Shown here one piece after another: positions 49,077 to 63,154 of a DNA stretch of 64,000 bases. Origin of the DNA: Ascidiella aspersa. Lineage: Eukaryota. A model generated the notes under the pieces. It made no database searches and was not told where the DNA came from. It worked only from the letters and a program-made list of their open reading frames with translations. Both the position numbers and the translations under genes were made by a program. The stretch covers positions 8,308,001 through 8,372,000 of the forward strand of contig OZ004607.1 in assembly GCA_963924565.1 (NCBI GenBank). Reading direction: 5' to 3'. How positions within the stretch are numbered: the stretch's first letter is position 1; each line of letters begins with the position of its first letter.

Positions 49077-50052
49077 CGTAACTGTTGTTAAGAGGAAAAC
49101 TGAAACCTAAAAAAACAGCAAACATGTCAGTTTTATTGATACAATTTTTTAAATCATCTGCACTGCGTTACATCATGTCACCAAAACGCAGGCGTAATAA
49201 GCAGAATAACTGAAACTATCAACTATTTTCTACTTTTTTATCTAAAAATCATGAAGAACTGTTCCCTTTTAGGTTAAAATTGAATCATTTTTTTTTACTT
49301 TCTGTAACGCAATTTTATCTTCGTTATAATACGATGACCAAGTGTTATAACGTAATGTCTACTTAATAGTACTTAATAGTAGAATACTAAGTACATAAAG
49401 TTTTTTTTCAGTATTCTATGTGCCATTTGTTTTTCATATGTTTTTTTCTACGCCTGCGATGTACAACCATATAACTTGTCGCTTGTCATTGCCCATCAGA
49501 AGCAATTTGCTTCATATGGGGGGAGGGGGAATAAAAAATGTTGCTTATGACGGCATCAGTTACGTTAATTGTGCAAACGAGTACACTTGACGCATTGGCC
49601 GCATAAAATGGGAGAACTATAGTATATTATCTCCACATCTAAGCAACACGAAAATCATTTAAAATGTTCACGGCAAAAAGCATACATTTCGTTTATCTTA
49701 TTTTAAAAGTGGACTAGGTGTTACTCACGATACAAATACCATACTGCAAATCTTTGTCAAAAGTGCATTGCCTAAATATTTGGCCAAGATTGCATTTTGT
49801 AGGAAGTCCAAGTTCGCACAGCCATACGCTGTGGACATGTAAAAAAGGGAAAATATTGCACGGCGCCTTCAAGGTGAAATGTTGGATTGCCATAATTAGG
49901 ATTACCACAGGCATAAAAGAAAAATAATTTTCCTGGATTAACCTAACGCATAGAAATTTTCAGAGATGTGAACACAAATTTACGTCATAAGAAGACGTCT
50001 AAAGCAGGAGTTTTTAAACTTTTCAGACCGCGCCCTCCTTGATACAATTTAG

Positions 50053-50542
50053 CAGTGTTGTAAACAAGTCATTTTGAAATAACTTAAGTCCAAGTCAAGT
50101 CATTTGAAAAATAACTTAAGTCCAAGTCAAGTCTTTTGCAAAAATAACAAGTCAAGTCCCAGTCCAAGTCATCGGTTGCCCAAGTCAAGTCATTATGAGA
50201 GCAAGTCAATTTCAAGTCATGTCATTGTCATAAAAGTAAATTTTTAAACTATTAAAATTGGTAAACTCGTCCGATTACAAGCAACAATTTAACTAAAAAA
50301 ACACACAAACGCAATATACAGCAATAAGAGTGTTTAATATGCAAAACTTGAGATAATTTTAAATGAAAAACACTTAATTTACTCCCAAGTTATTTGACAA
50401 AATGACTTAAGTCCAAGTCAAGTCATTTGTCCAAAAGACTTAAGTCAAGTCAAGTCATTTTGGTCAAAGGACTTAAGTCAAGTCAAGTCATTTGAAAACA
50501 GTGACTTAGGTCAAGTCAATGACTTAAGTCCTTACAACACTG
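50053..50542. mobile_element. hAT-type MITE with AAGTC subterminal arrays
   Basis: TIR CAGTGTTGTAA/TTACAACACTG, perfect 8-bp TSD CAATTTAG; sits inside another hAT-like end starting CAGGAGTTTTTAAAC at 50005. Degenerate relatives at ~53233-53785 (inverted) and ~40440-40530. Confidence 0.9.
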
Positions 50543-52600
50543 CAATTTAGCGCAACTCGTGCTACCTTTCCGAATATTATGCTTCGGAGTCACAAAACCC
50601 ATGTGCTTACACTGCAACTTTCAATGAAGAACGATATGCATTATACAAGCAGTGTTTAAGTGTTTTTTAATTTTCATATCAATATATAAATTTCGCTTAA
50701 TGAAATATGGCGCTTATATGTTAACGGTGAAATTATGCAAAATACCTTTGTTATCTGAGGCTTTCTTTAGCCAAACATTAGTTTAGCAATGTAATCATGT
50801 TAATCAGAATCTATGAAGAATTAAGATGTTTATTATAAAACCTGCGGTTCTCGGTCAAACTATTGCTTAAACATGCAACAGAGTTGCCATTCTTAAGTAT
50901 ACGAGTTTTTTTTCTTTTTTTTTTTTGAGTCTTTCGTGTAACCCTTGCGAGTCATTCACGCCTCTTGATGTTGTAGCCTTGCTGGATGTGATACATTTTC
51001 AATTTTGGTGGTCCACCTAACATAAACAAAACACGACTTTTCAGGTTTTGCAAATCGCGGTTATATAATTTTATTCGTCTGAGAAAACTCGCGACAAAAC
51101 GCGAGCGGGGGGCGACAAGAGGGGGTAGGGGATATTTCGGGGGGACAGGGAGGGGTAAATGCAGCGGACACGTGAATACAGAGGATATCACCAAGGACAT
51201 ACAGACTTTCCGAACAGAAATACTGAGCGCGAGAATGGATTTTGCGAGAGGCGAAAAAACGAGAGCAGACTTTTTACTTACTGTACAAAGAAGAAGCTAA
51301 CAAAACGCAACCGGCCTGAAGCCGCTCTGCTGTTAATCATTTGGTCATTTTTCTTTCAATCACAAATTTACATGCTTGATAGGAATGCAATCGGCTGAAT
51401 AGGACAGGGAATCGATTAAAAAGATAAGCGTGACACGATAGGATATGTTTGGTCTGGAAATTAAACGACACATACAAAAAAAATTAATGATGACGGTTTA
51501 CCATACGCGTACCAAGGCTACAGCAGTCGCTGCCCGATGTATATAATTACTTTTAAGCATCGGTGATTTGAAAAAGCAAATTATCGATGACGGCTGAGCA
51601 AAAAAACGGTTATAACGACTCTTTTAAGTACACTTGTCGCATTGAAACAGTTACGCATTATACTTTCAAAGTGCTCTTGTTTAAATAAAATTCAGCGGAG
51701 AAGTTAGAAAATTGTACAAATAGACCGCAGCGGGTGATTTCCGTATAAAATACTCGTGATGCTTTAAGGAACACTTATATAAAAAGAACAGATTCAAAAC
51801 AATTCCATCTAAAAAGCAGCTTACACTAACGATTGGTAAAGTCTTTTAAGATCATTGCCACTGAGTCCGCGGTTACGACATTGGGACTCGAACTAAACTT
51901 GACAAAACTTTTCCGATTTAGACCCAATATAGTTTCTTTGCAAAGGTAAGAAATGGAGTCAAAGAAAAAAAAAACACTCGACGGAAATATAATCCTGTAG
52001 TTTCAAGGATTGCTCTGAAGCTATATAAAAAACATAACTGTACAAAAACGATGCATTTTGGTCACGAACCAGCAAAGCGGATGGTGGTGGTGGTTGATAC
52101 TCAATAAAACGCGAAAGAAAGGGAAAATCATGAAACTTATATGTTAATAATATCAAGGAGCTATTTACAGGGAATAAAATGGCAGCGGTTTAGAATATAA
52201 CGACAAAAACAACACTTGGCCCACAAGTCATGGGCGTCTCACACGTTTTCGTTTTCGTTGATTTTTTTACTTTTGGCCCCCCAAAAGTTGGCGCCCGTTT
52301 TTTTTTCTGGTGCTTTTTAAGCGCTTCAAACATTTTCGCAATACAGTGCAATTTCGGCCGTATCTCGAACACACAAAAAAAATATTTACGTACACAAGGG
52401 AAACGCGACGCTTTTTACTGCATTAAGGGTCAAACACAGGAGCAAGACAGAGGGCGCGTCGAACAAAGGCACTTGAGTTACTTTTTTTCCCGTGTGCCGT
52501 ATATTAATTGTTGCTGATGCTTTAAAACTGAGATGGTGCTGTGGTGTGGACGAATAGGGTGCTTTCTTTGTTTGTTTTTTGTCGGCAACAAAACGATTTT

Positions 52601-55600
52601 TTACTCCTCGTCAGATGAATACTGGCCGCGGCCTGCATGAAAGAATATCTTGGTTAAATCACGCCCAGTGTTGATTTAACCTAAAAAACCTTCTCACTGC
52701 AAGGTAAATTTTACCAAAGTATTAAAATTCTTTATCGCAAAAAAGAGTACACACTAGATCTTTTTAAATAGTAATAATTATTGCTATTGGTGTTCCAAAA
52801 ATGGGTCTCCTGTCTGTTATTGTTAATTTTGATATTGTGACACACATTAAAAAGGCACTCTATTGCTTTTTAGCCGTTTTGTGTTAATGCGGACCAACAT
52901 TTAAAAAAGATTAACAGACATAAACGACTTTACTTGAAATAGTTCAATCTTCCAAAATTTGTGTTATTTTACATTATTGTCTTCAGTTTGTATTATAAAC
53001 AACAGCTTTAAACTGAGTGCACATGTGTCAATAACGCAGCGCACGAACCCGAATCGTCGTCATATGATCTCCGTCCATCGTATGAACCATCACGGTCGGA
53101 CGCACTGCTCAGGGGACGATCGTCCTGCACAACACAAGTAGGTCGATGACATTTAATAAGCCATTTCACTAAGATACAGGGGCAGCACGATTGGATTTAT
53201 TAGATAAATAATCCAATAAATCGGACCACTCAAGGGTTGCATTCAATTTTCTCTGTCAATGAATTGACTTTTTTCTGTGTAAATGAATTGACTAAAAGCC
53301 ACTGTTATGAAATTACTTGAATTGACAGTCCTTGGGCAATTGACTTGACTTGGACTTCAGTCATTCTGTTAAATAACTTGGGTTTAAGTTTAGTGCTCTA
53401 ATTAAATATTTTGAAATAATATCGACACATTGTGTTATTTATCTCAATTTTTGCAAGTAAAACAATTCGCTTGCTATTTGCTGAAATTTTGTTATTTTTT
53501 AGTTGAAATATTGCTAATACACGGACGACCAAAAGTTCAACGTTTTTTATGTCAATGACTTGGAATGGGGCTTGTTAATTTGCAAAGGACTTGAATTTTT
53601 TTTAATGACTTAACTGGGAACCACGTCATTTCGAAATGACTTCTTTACAACACTGCTGTGTTCCATACGTGGTTAAACGACCCGTTCGTAAAAGTTTTAA
53701 CTTCACTTTGCACTGAACAAAATGCAGCGTTGTATTGACTTATGTCATTGACTTGACTTGGACTTGGACTTAAATCATTTCAAATGATTTATGCAAGCTA
53801 CCATGCTTATTGCTTACAGTATATATTACGGCGCACTAACTTGTAAGAATAAGTGTTATAATGTCACGATATTTCGCAAGTTAGAAAAAGAGCCTTTGCG
53901 CTTTGCTACCAGTAGTCAGTTTACAAGGTAAAGCTATGCGAGGAGTATAGTAGATAAAGTCGCAACCTTTATAAACAACAGCAGCAGCTGTTATGAAAAT
54001 ATCACAGGGCTTTATATTTTCTTCAGTACATTTCCGTGAAGCTATGTGATGTGATACCACGAAGTGTTACTCGTATAGTTCGCTCATCGCGTGCCAACGC
54101 AAGAATGCAAATTCAAAGGCAGTAAATTAACGTAATCGATTCCTGCTGACTGCTTGATGCGAAAAACACTAACTTTCACTCTCACCTCCTGTTTTCCACC
54201 AGCTTTGCTTTCGTACTTCTGCTTGCGGTCAGAAACTCCAGATGCCTGCGGAATGAAAGGAGAGTTAAGGATAAACTACTATTGGTGACGAGACGACGTG
54301 AAAAAATAAACGTTGCACCAGAAATTTTTCGAAATTTGAAGTTCGCGTTGCAGTACCAATGCTTTTATGGTATATTTTATTTTGGAAAGACAATCCTAAA
54401 CATAAATATTATTTGTTTCCTTAAGTTAAATGCCCAGTCGTTTGTGTTTGTCCTTTGAAAACTTACAGGCGAACTTTTTCGCAGCGTTTTTCTTTAAAAA
54501 GATTATTAATATTGCACTCCACTTAAATGGAATTTAAAGGTTCGTTTTAAGAGACTTTGTTCTAATTTGTAAAAGATTTATCCTTGTTTGCCTGACAAAT
54601 TCTAAAGTCATATATAGAGGACTGAACATATGGTGTTTTGCAATTCGACCGCTTTTTCATTTGAGCTCTCTAAACAAAAACAAAAAAACAATCACCATGA
54701 ATGTTAACCAGAAAGTCAGAATTCTTGTTGACTTGTTGTGATAAAAAAATCCACAAAGGGTGCGCAACTGAAGTTTTGCGTAGCTCACACTTTTTCCAAC
54801 AAAAAATCAGCAGCAATTACAACTTACCGCAAGTTTGATGGGCTGCTTGGTTGTGGTAGTTTTCGGTGAGTCGGAGATGTTCTCGAACTTTGCCCTTCTG
54901 TTGCCCACACCAGCCGCTGGAATCACGTCGGCCTAAAGTAAGCGAAAAAAATTGCTACTCTTGAAGCCTGCTCAGGTTGGAAATAAAATAAAACGCTAGG
55001 GCCCAGTTTTGTTATTTTCTTGGAAAATCGCCTTTTTGTTATCTTTTTTTTGTTTTGCAGAAAGTTATGTGTCCTTGGTAATGTTTTTTTGTATTTCTAG
55101 TCAACACTTGTTTTACGGTTTATGTTTCACAATTGATCGCGGAAGAAAAATGTCTTTAATTTTTTTCCAGCTTGTTTCATGTCCAGTGAAGCACGAAGCA
55201 AAAGTCATTAATCAGTTTTTTTCCCCCAAAAAAAAGATTTTTCAAAAAGTCTATAATATTATAGTGTTAGAAAGTGAGAAATAAATAATTATTAAGATAT
55301 TTTAAAATAGACTTTTCTCAAAATTTTCCACGATGTCATCAGCCAGCGACGTATCAGTGACGTACCTTGGTCTTTGGCTTGTCATGCGACGCGCCACTAA
55401 CGGCGCCCTGCTCCCACTTGTTAAGTCGGTTCATGACGCCCGTCCTTATTCCAACCGGCGACTCCTGGGTAAAAAATAAGTGGGGTTTTGGGTTAATGTA
55501 GGTACTATGGCAGGACTTTTTTCAATTTTACCAAAGGCGTTTTCGTTGAACTGAAAAAAAAGAATGTATTCAAATATTTTTGTGTCTATGTCATTAGCAA

Positions 55601-58600
55601 ATGGCAACCAACATTTATCGGATATTGTTTAAAGTTAAACGAATAGAAATTAAGAATTGTGTGACTAAGTTAGTAATAAAACAGTTTTAAAAAAATATAA
55701 TCTAAAAAAACACATACTACTTTATAAATATATTTCCTAATTATACTGTGATAAATTAGCTGTTTGTGACGGTTAGTTCGTAATTATTGGGGAACAGGTC
55801 GATAATAGCTTTTTAAAGCGTCAGGCAACCCCCCAAAGGAAACTGGGCATTTAGCATACTTACTGGCGCAGCAATGCAAGTCTAAGCCATCTTAAAGCAG
55901 TTACAAAGTGAGTCGGTAAACCACCATATTGTGCGTCCAAAACGTCTTTTATCTGGCTCAATTAGCACATAAAAGCGTTACAGAGGTATCCTGCTAGATT
56001 TTCCCGTGCGACAAACACGAAACGGTATAAAATCAGAGGGAAGACAAACTGCCAAGCATAGTTTCTCACCGTCACTAACTACCCAGCGGCTATCATAATT
56101 ACCACCTGTTGGATGCATTGGGCGAAAAGACATTTGCATTAAAATGGGCCTTACACGTGGGAAAAATAGACTGCCCCTGTGCTTAGCAAACGGTGGCCAT
56201 TAAAGAACAGGTCGAATTTACGGCGTGGGATTTTTAAGTGCACTTTGTGATATCGTGGGCTCGTTTTAAATAGACAAAAAAATAATCATTGTTAGAAGAA
56301 AGGAGTTATCCACTTTGGTGAGTTTAAATAAAATAAGGCCGTCCAAACATCCAGAAAATTGAAAATAGGTTTAGTGTTAATAGAAACTAAAATTGCGATA
56401 AAATTTCTCCTACTAATATAACCGAAATCAGCCATGGCGCACAACTATACATAAATGAGTTTTAGTCATTGATATTTTGGTCCTATAGTTCAATTATAAC
56501 GAACCTATGAAGTTCGCTTAAACCAGCAACTGTACTTTTACCCACTTACTTTATATATACTTTTTTAAAAAGATTTGATAAAATGAAAATTCATTGAGAA
56601 GGATGTGCCTAAGGTTAACATAATTTCTTAGTTAATGAATTTGGCAGATGGTGTGCAGACTCCTTGAAACTCCCTCATAGAATTAAAAATGAGGCATAAT
56701 GCCGTTCAAATATAAGGGAAGTTGCAGATAGATTTAATGGCAATATAAACCCAAATTGCGATAAAACCCGTTATCACGAAAATGTATGGCTTATGTAACT
56801 ATACAGTGTACATTTAAACAAGTTTTCGCTTGAAAAAACTCGTGAAAAAACTGACGACTTTAAATTTTGACTATAAAACGCTAAACTATATATATGAGTA
56901 GAAACTCGTCCTATTCACCGTTTTCTTGGCGCTGCTGCCGCGCTGGGACGCCTTAAGCCAGAGGTCCTTTCGACTCGAGAAACCGGCGCCGTGGACGTCG
57001 GCCACCTCCTTGCTCGCTTTGGGGGATGCCCCGGACACCTTGCCACTCTCCCAGAGGTTCTTGCGCGACGAGATGCCACCGGCGCCAACCACGTGCGGCT
57101 GAAGGTCAAAAAACGCGTGTCAAGGTCAAAGGTTTAGGAGGGGCGAAAATCCAAAGGGTGGTTTGGTGTTTAAAACCATCGCGTCTTTCAAGCCATAGTT
57201 TAGCGACACACAAGTGTTTTTTTGTTTAATTTATTGAGTCAACCACTGCAGTAATTGATATAAGTTTAAATTTAAAATTTTTATAGAGAAAACAAAAGCA
57301 TAGCATTTGCATATTTTTTTATTATGTACGTTTAAATGTAGACAAGCCTATCGGACTTAGGAAGTCCTAAAAGGTCGCAAAACCAAATATAACAGTTTAT
57401 AGGTGTGTCATATTTCCAGCTGAATTTCAGCTGAAAACAATGACTAAAATAGAAATAACAAAACCTCCATTAGTCACACTAAACATGACGAAACTAGCAC
57501 AAATGTTGCAGGCCAAACTCGACTGTTTATGGTATTAGAACGTTTTAGGTTGCTTTACGGAAACGCACAAACAACATTACCGTATACACAGTGATTTTGT
57601 TTGCTTGACAAATTAGAAACGCCATGCCAAAAATACCATTCCAAAATGTGCAAAATCTGTATTATGTCGGATAGAAATTGTGCGATATTAACTTGATGAA
57701 TGATGTTTAGTTTAATTTAGGATGGTTTATGTATTTGTCCCCTATTTAACATAAGCACGGATTGCAACTTTTGATCATATAATATAGCATGCTGTAAACC
57801 AAAGGGAAGTCGAGTTATCCCAATGTTAGAGCCAAACGTTAATAGCTAGTCGTACACTGGACTATGTCATCTACCTTTAAATATCACGTAGCATTGGCAT
57901 ATTTAATTCGACGATGCAAAAAAGGCTTAGGCGAGGTTTGCCACAAAACATACGTGACTTTTAAACGTGAATCCTAAAAAAATATTCTGACACGCTTTTC
58001 ACATTTTATAGCATGGGTTGTTGAGAGTAGGTCACGCAAAATGAGAGCATAAAAAGCTAGGTGGCATCTATAACGAGATACGATAAAACATTTTTTAGAA
58101 TTAATGTTTTAAGAAATTCAAGTAAAATTATTTTAAGAGGAGCAAAATTTAACCTTTCACGTGGTCTTAAATCCTTTTTTTAAAGATTTTTTTACGAACC
58201 TTCGATTTGCACCCATGATATGACCTCTTTAATATAACACGTTCTGCACAGACAGCAACCGAACATTTCTGAATTTGCCTGAAGCTAGCCTAAGTGAGAA
58301 ATTGCCTCCGAGAGGTGAATACTTTCGCATCGACGCACTCTGGCTAGCGACTTATAAGGCAAAAAAGGCTTGGCGTGCTGTAGCCTTTGGTGAAGCTTAA
58401 CCGAGCGTAACGACCGGCAACAGTCCATCAGACCATCAATCGAGGTCCGCTGCTAGTGACAGTGAGGAGGGGATTTAAACCGCAAATATCATTGCAAATT
58501 GGTGCGGGAAGTGAAAGTATTTCGTATCATAAAACAGGAATGCGTCGCTTTGACAAAATTCCGGCCGTTTTCGATATGGAAAGCGGAAAACTTGGTTTAT

Positions 58601-61600
58601 GACGATGGCGCATAACAAAGTGCGTTGTCACTAATAACATTACGGACGATTTGGAATGTCTACCGTTTGTATTCTCAGCAAACGCAATTAATGTACAGCA
58701 TATCGCCCAAACTTTTAACATTATATTTAATTTGCGATTCAACACAAACGAGTTAAGGCTTAGATAGATCGAAATATTTCCTATTTTGCCATTATTTTTA
58801 AGAATTTCACCACTTGGAAAGCTATCGGTCTTGTTTGTTTTAATTTAATTTTTTTCTCGGTTGCCTTAAAATTTTAACGCCAAAAGTTTTAAATCATTTT
58901 TTTTATTGTCCCAATGTCGCATTAACCAGCAAAAATTCTTAACCCTTGTGTTTGTACCAGGAACAAGTAAAATGTCGTTAGAACAAATTTAAAGAGCTCA
59001 AGCAAAGTACTCCAAAGCAAGCAAATATAATTCAGGCAATACTTTTGCTCCGTTTCGTTCACCCGCGCGTCATCATCAGCAATTGATGGCAACGCAATCA
59101 CCAAACTGTGTTTATCCGTTTTACAGCTGAGAGCGTAGCAAACCGCTAATGGTGTCGAATGCGGTTAGTTCAATCGACAATGAGCGGCTCGCATTACGTG
59201 TTTTAGCAAGCATATTTTATCCGCTTTTGATATAGATTTATAGACCTTCACGTTAAAAAAAGACGTATAATAAATGTATAATGAATTCTGATTTTTACCC
59301 GGGTTTGATCTACAATTCTAGACCTTTACTTTGAATAAAGAAGTATTTGAATTGCGGATAATTATTTTTTGCTACCATTTAATTAGGTTCTCTCGTTTGT
59401 TAGTATTTTTCATCTGTATGATGGATGACTTTTTACCAACGGATAAACATTGGAACCACGGTTCAGTCATAATAACATAAGGCGTTTATCTACAAAATTT
59501 CAGCGTAACTTACATGCAGTTGCGGGTACTAGAACATACATCACAAACAAATCCATTACCAAAGTTAAGTGACACTATCTAAACAAACATGGCTTCAGTT
59601 GTATTGGATTTTTTATGAGTCGCGTATTTTGCATATAAGGTTAACAGAGCGAACCTGTCCTTGTCAACCGGGAAGTGGAATAGGGAAGCGTTGTCTCGTT
59701 TCAATGGCAGTTTAAAAATAGCGGACTCGGTCGTTTGCAATTCCAGCGATACTAAAATCACCGCATACGTACCGCACAGTGAGTAATGAGTAGAGAACTA
59801 GGCCAACTTATTGCAAAAAAGCTGGATTCGTGCCCATTTTTAAGTTACTGAAGGTACGTTTTAAGTTAAACGTTTTTTTTTAAGTACGTTGTTGAAATAC
59901 AACAGTTATCCAGAGACAGTGTTACCCAAGCACCAAAACTTTGAAATCGGAAAAATGTCGAAAATTTACAGAAATAGGTGGTATTTTGTTAACGATTCGC
60001 ATTGAGATTATTCTAAAAGCAGAATGCTACCAATCATGGTGTGGACTTTGATATATTGTGTAACAAAAACGATAAAAATTTCGGCGGAACTACAAAATGC
60101 GGAAACAAACCTGCCTGACAAAGTAAAAGAGTGACGCTGTCTGTGCATCAATCAGCACACATCACAGCCATTTCGTCGTGACAAGTGGGCGCCGTACTAA
60201 TTGGCACGAACTGCCATGACGTCACGGGTGTTTGACGTCACGTGTTGACGCGACAATTAATCAAGTAAATAAATGTTTTTTTAAAGTAGTGTGTGGGAAG
60301 GTTGTGGGACCCGCAATATATTTACGGATCTAGCATACTGAGGTTAAACGTTCGCAACCCCGTAATACCGCATTCATAAGTTGGAGTTACTTGGCTATAA
60401 GACAAATATCCCCGTTTCAAAACTGGGGCATTAACCACACAATAAACATAACAAGCGTGCTACTTTCTCACAAAAGTTTAATATTGAGAGGATTTTTTTA
60501 TCTTTCATTGTTTTACAACAATGCAGCAGATATTACAAACACCGCCATATGCATAGGGTATGTATTAATTTTTACACCCAAAAGCGCTAATATCCCGTTT
60601 TTAAGGTATTTTAATCTATTTAAAACCAAAATAAAAGTACCGATATATTTTGTTTTTGAACAATATGCCTATTTCCTCGGCAGACTCGACCAATTCACAG
60701 CCCCCCTCGCTCATATTACTTATTTATGTATTTTTATTGCAAATCTTGTCGATTTGTCACGCACTTTGGTAAATATACAAATTGACCCTCCTCAAAAAAA
60801 CGTACCCCGCGTATAAAAAAACAGTTTCGGTGTAGTTTTCTGTTACCCAGTCACTTTGATCGCACATAATGCCCATTTTAAAGTACTTTTTTATCGCAAA
60901 TTTTGTCCGCATCATCCACACTAATCTCCAAAAGCGTGTCTCGCGCTCTTTAATTACGAATTCGGTGCAATTTTCGGTTACCCAGTAACTTTTGTCGCAC
61001 TCAACTCGAGTCGACGTCGCCTGTCAATCATCTCACCTTCTTGTACGACTTCTCGGCGCTGTGTACCTCTCCCCTCTCCCACTTGTTACGTCGGTCGCTG
61101 ACGTCACTACCGACTGGGGTCTTCATCGATGACGACGAGGTCTTGCGCTCCTACGACACAATGGGCCATTGTTTTGTAAACGTCAGTAAAGTGTCACGAC
61201 GATATAACAATGCTAATGGCGGGGAAATTGATGACGGACGTTTTGGCTCGGAAGTAGATTACATTGAAATTAGCTGGACATTTGGATTAGGTTGTATAGA
61301 TACTTCGTACCTTGTTTAGCATGTGTTTCTGCTTTTTTCACATACTCTTTAAAAGTTTCCTCTTTTGAACTCTAAATTGTGTGAACGTTTGTTGAAAAAG
61401 ATAATTATTTGGCCGAATATCTGTGTATCATGCAGCTTGCACAAATACAAGCAAGCAGTTTAGATGTAATAATATATTGATAGCTTAAGATAAGTTTACG
61501 CGAAATGGCGTATTTCGAAAGGCGGTCAACACTTTTTGTCCAAAATTCAAATCACTTTTTACCTGTGGTTACAACCACATGAACTGTGTTCGACTCTAAG

Positions 61601-63154
61601 CCCACGCATAACGCGCATTTAGATTTCCTGTTCGAGATACGTAAGTCGAGGTGAAACCGCAACAAAAGGACAATATAATTGGCGCGACATGAGTGCAAGC
61701 GAGGAACGACAAAAGACGAAATGTCATCGGTTTCCTTTTGATTTAAATCCCAAAGGCACGGATGAAACCCTAAAAATCCTGACGGACTTCGCCGAGAGAC
61801 AAGCCCAATCACATAACTACAACTTGTCTGGCAAGTTGGAGTGGGTATGACGTCATGGCGGTGTCGGCGTGACGTGTTTTGTAAATGTTAGTACGCCCGC
61901 AGTCGCTCCTAGTTTGATTTATTAGTATTGTATTAAGTTTCGTTCGCTAAGTTTAGGTCATTGAGGTTTTGGCTGTTTAGACGAAATGCGTTCGGTGAAA
62001 AGTTATTACATGTTATAACCAGGGCGGTAACGATACCCAATGAAGAAGTGTATTTAATTTTGGAGTACGTGCGTATAGTTGGGGTTGTAAAACTTAAACG
62101 CGAAATTAAATTAGTCACACTATAAACCGTTTGCGTTTTTTCAAGATGACTTTCGTTTTAAACGGCAAAAAACAAATAACGCGGCAGAACAACTGCGCCA
62201 CAGGCTTTTTACTCCATTATAAACGCTTTAAAACGTATCTGAGATTTAACGAGCCCCGCACTTTTCTCAATAACATTATAACCTAACTGCTGGATGCTAC
62301 TACAAAGCCACTACTTATTATTCCGTATCACCTAAAGTGCCCTGGAGATTTTTGCCCTAGATTGAGTTTAGGTGCCCTTCAGCACAATGGTCGAACGGCC
62401 AGTGTTTACTTAATTCGAGGAAGGTTAGGAGGTAACTGTTCCAACGTCGCTGGCTGAACTATGGTTGAAACCTTTGGAGCTGTTTATGTTTTCTTTCTCC
62501 AGCAAAGCGGCTAACCATTTCTACTACAGACGGAATAACATCACATAGAAGTTGTTTTTCTGATACAGGTAGCAACGCACAGCAAACTGCTCGCAACCTT
62601 TAATGTGGTCCCCAATGTAGTAACATTTGGCGGTTTAGTACTTAAACAAGAGCGCACTTCTATTACATGATTTCATAAAAAAGGTACGTTCCATTAAAGG
62701 TGACCTATATGTAAGTTGGCTTAAATAAAAAAACCTGATCGACTATATCGCACTCCATACACGTTTAAATGGTTGCACGAACGTTAGTATCGATAGTCGC
62801 GTAATTTTTTTATTATTGCGGCCCTTTTAGCTTTTACAGAACTGACATAGGCAATAAATAACGTAAAAAGAGTAAATTTATTAATGTACAAGCTTATAGT
62901 TTCAAAAGGGTTTTGAAAAACCAACAATATAACTCTGTTTTCTATTGAGGTCGACCGGTAAAAACGCCGAACATTATTCGTTGCGGGTGGGACATGTGAT
63001 TCGTCCTAGTATAACATATAGCTTAGCAAAGCGAACATGAAAAGTAGCACAAGGCCCTCTTACATGTTTGCTTGCTTGTTTGGTGTACTTTTCCAGCCGG
63101 CTGTCCAGTCCCTCGGCCTTAGCAACGGTGATGTCAGCTTTGATCGGCTTCGGC
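52601..63154 (-). CDS. CALD1: Caldesmon-like actin/calmodulin-binding protein, 3' portion (8 exons; gene continues beyond right edge)
   Basis: Exons 63064-63154, 61037-61150, 56919-57098, 55366-55464, 54828-54932, 54186-54245, 53049-53124, 52601-52632, in frame. GLDSRLEKYT resembles caldesmon KIDSRLEQYT; GIRTGVMNRLNKWE resembles GLKVGVSSRINEWL; ISSRKNLWE resembles VSSKRNLWE. The last two exons are less certain. Confidence 0.78.

Noticed and set aside
50060-50530. Short repeats as a CRISPR-like array
   Set aside because: Eukaryotic context, no unique spacers; they are subterminal AAGTC repeats of a hAT MITE.
60391-60816. 141-aa plus-strand ORF
   Set aside because: AT-rich, non-ATG start, no recognisable domain, antisense within a caldesmon intron.
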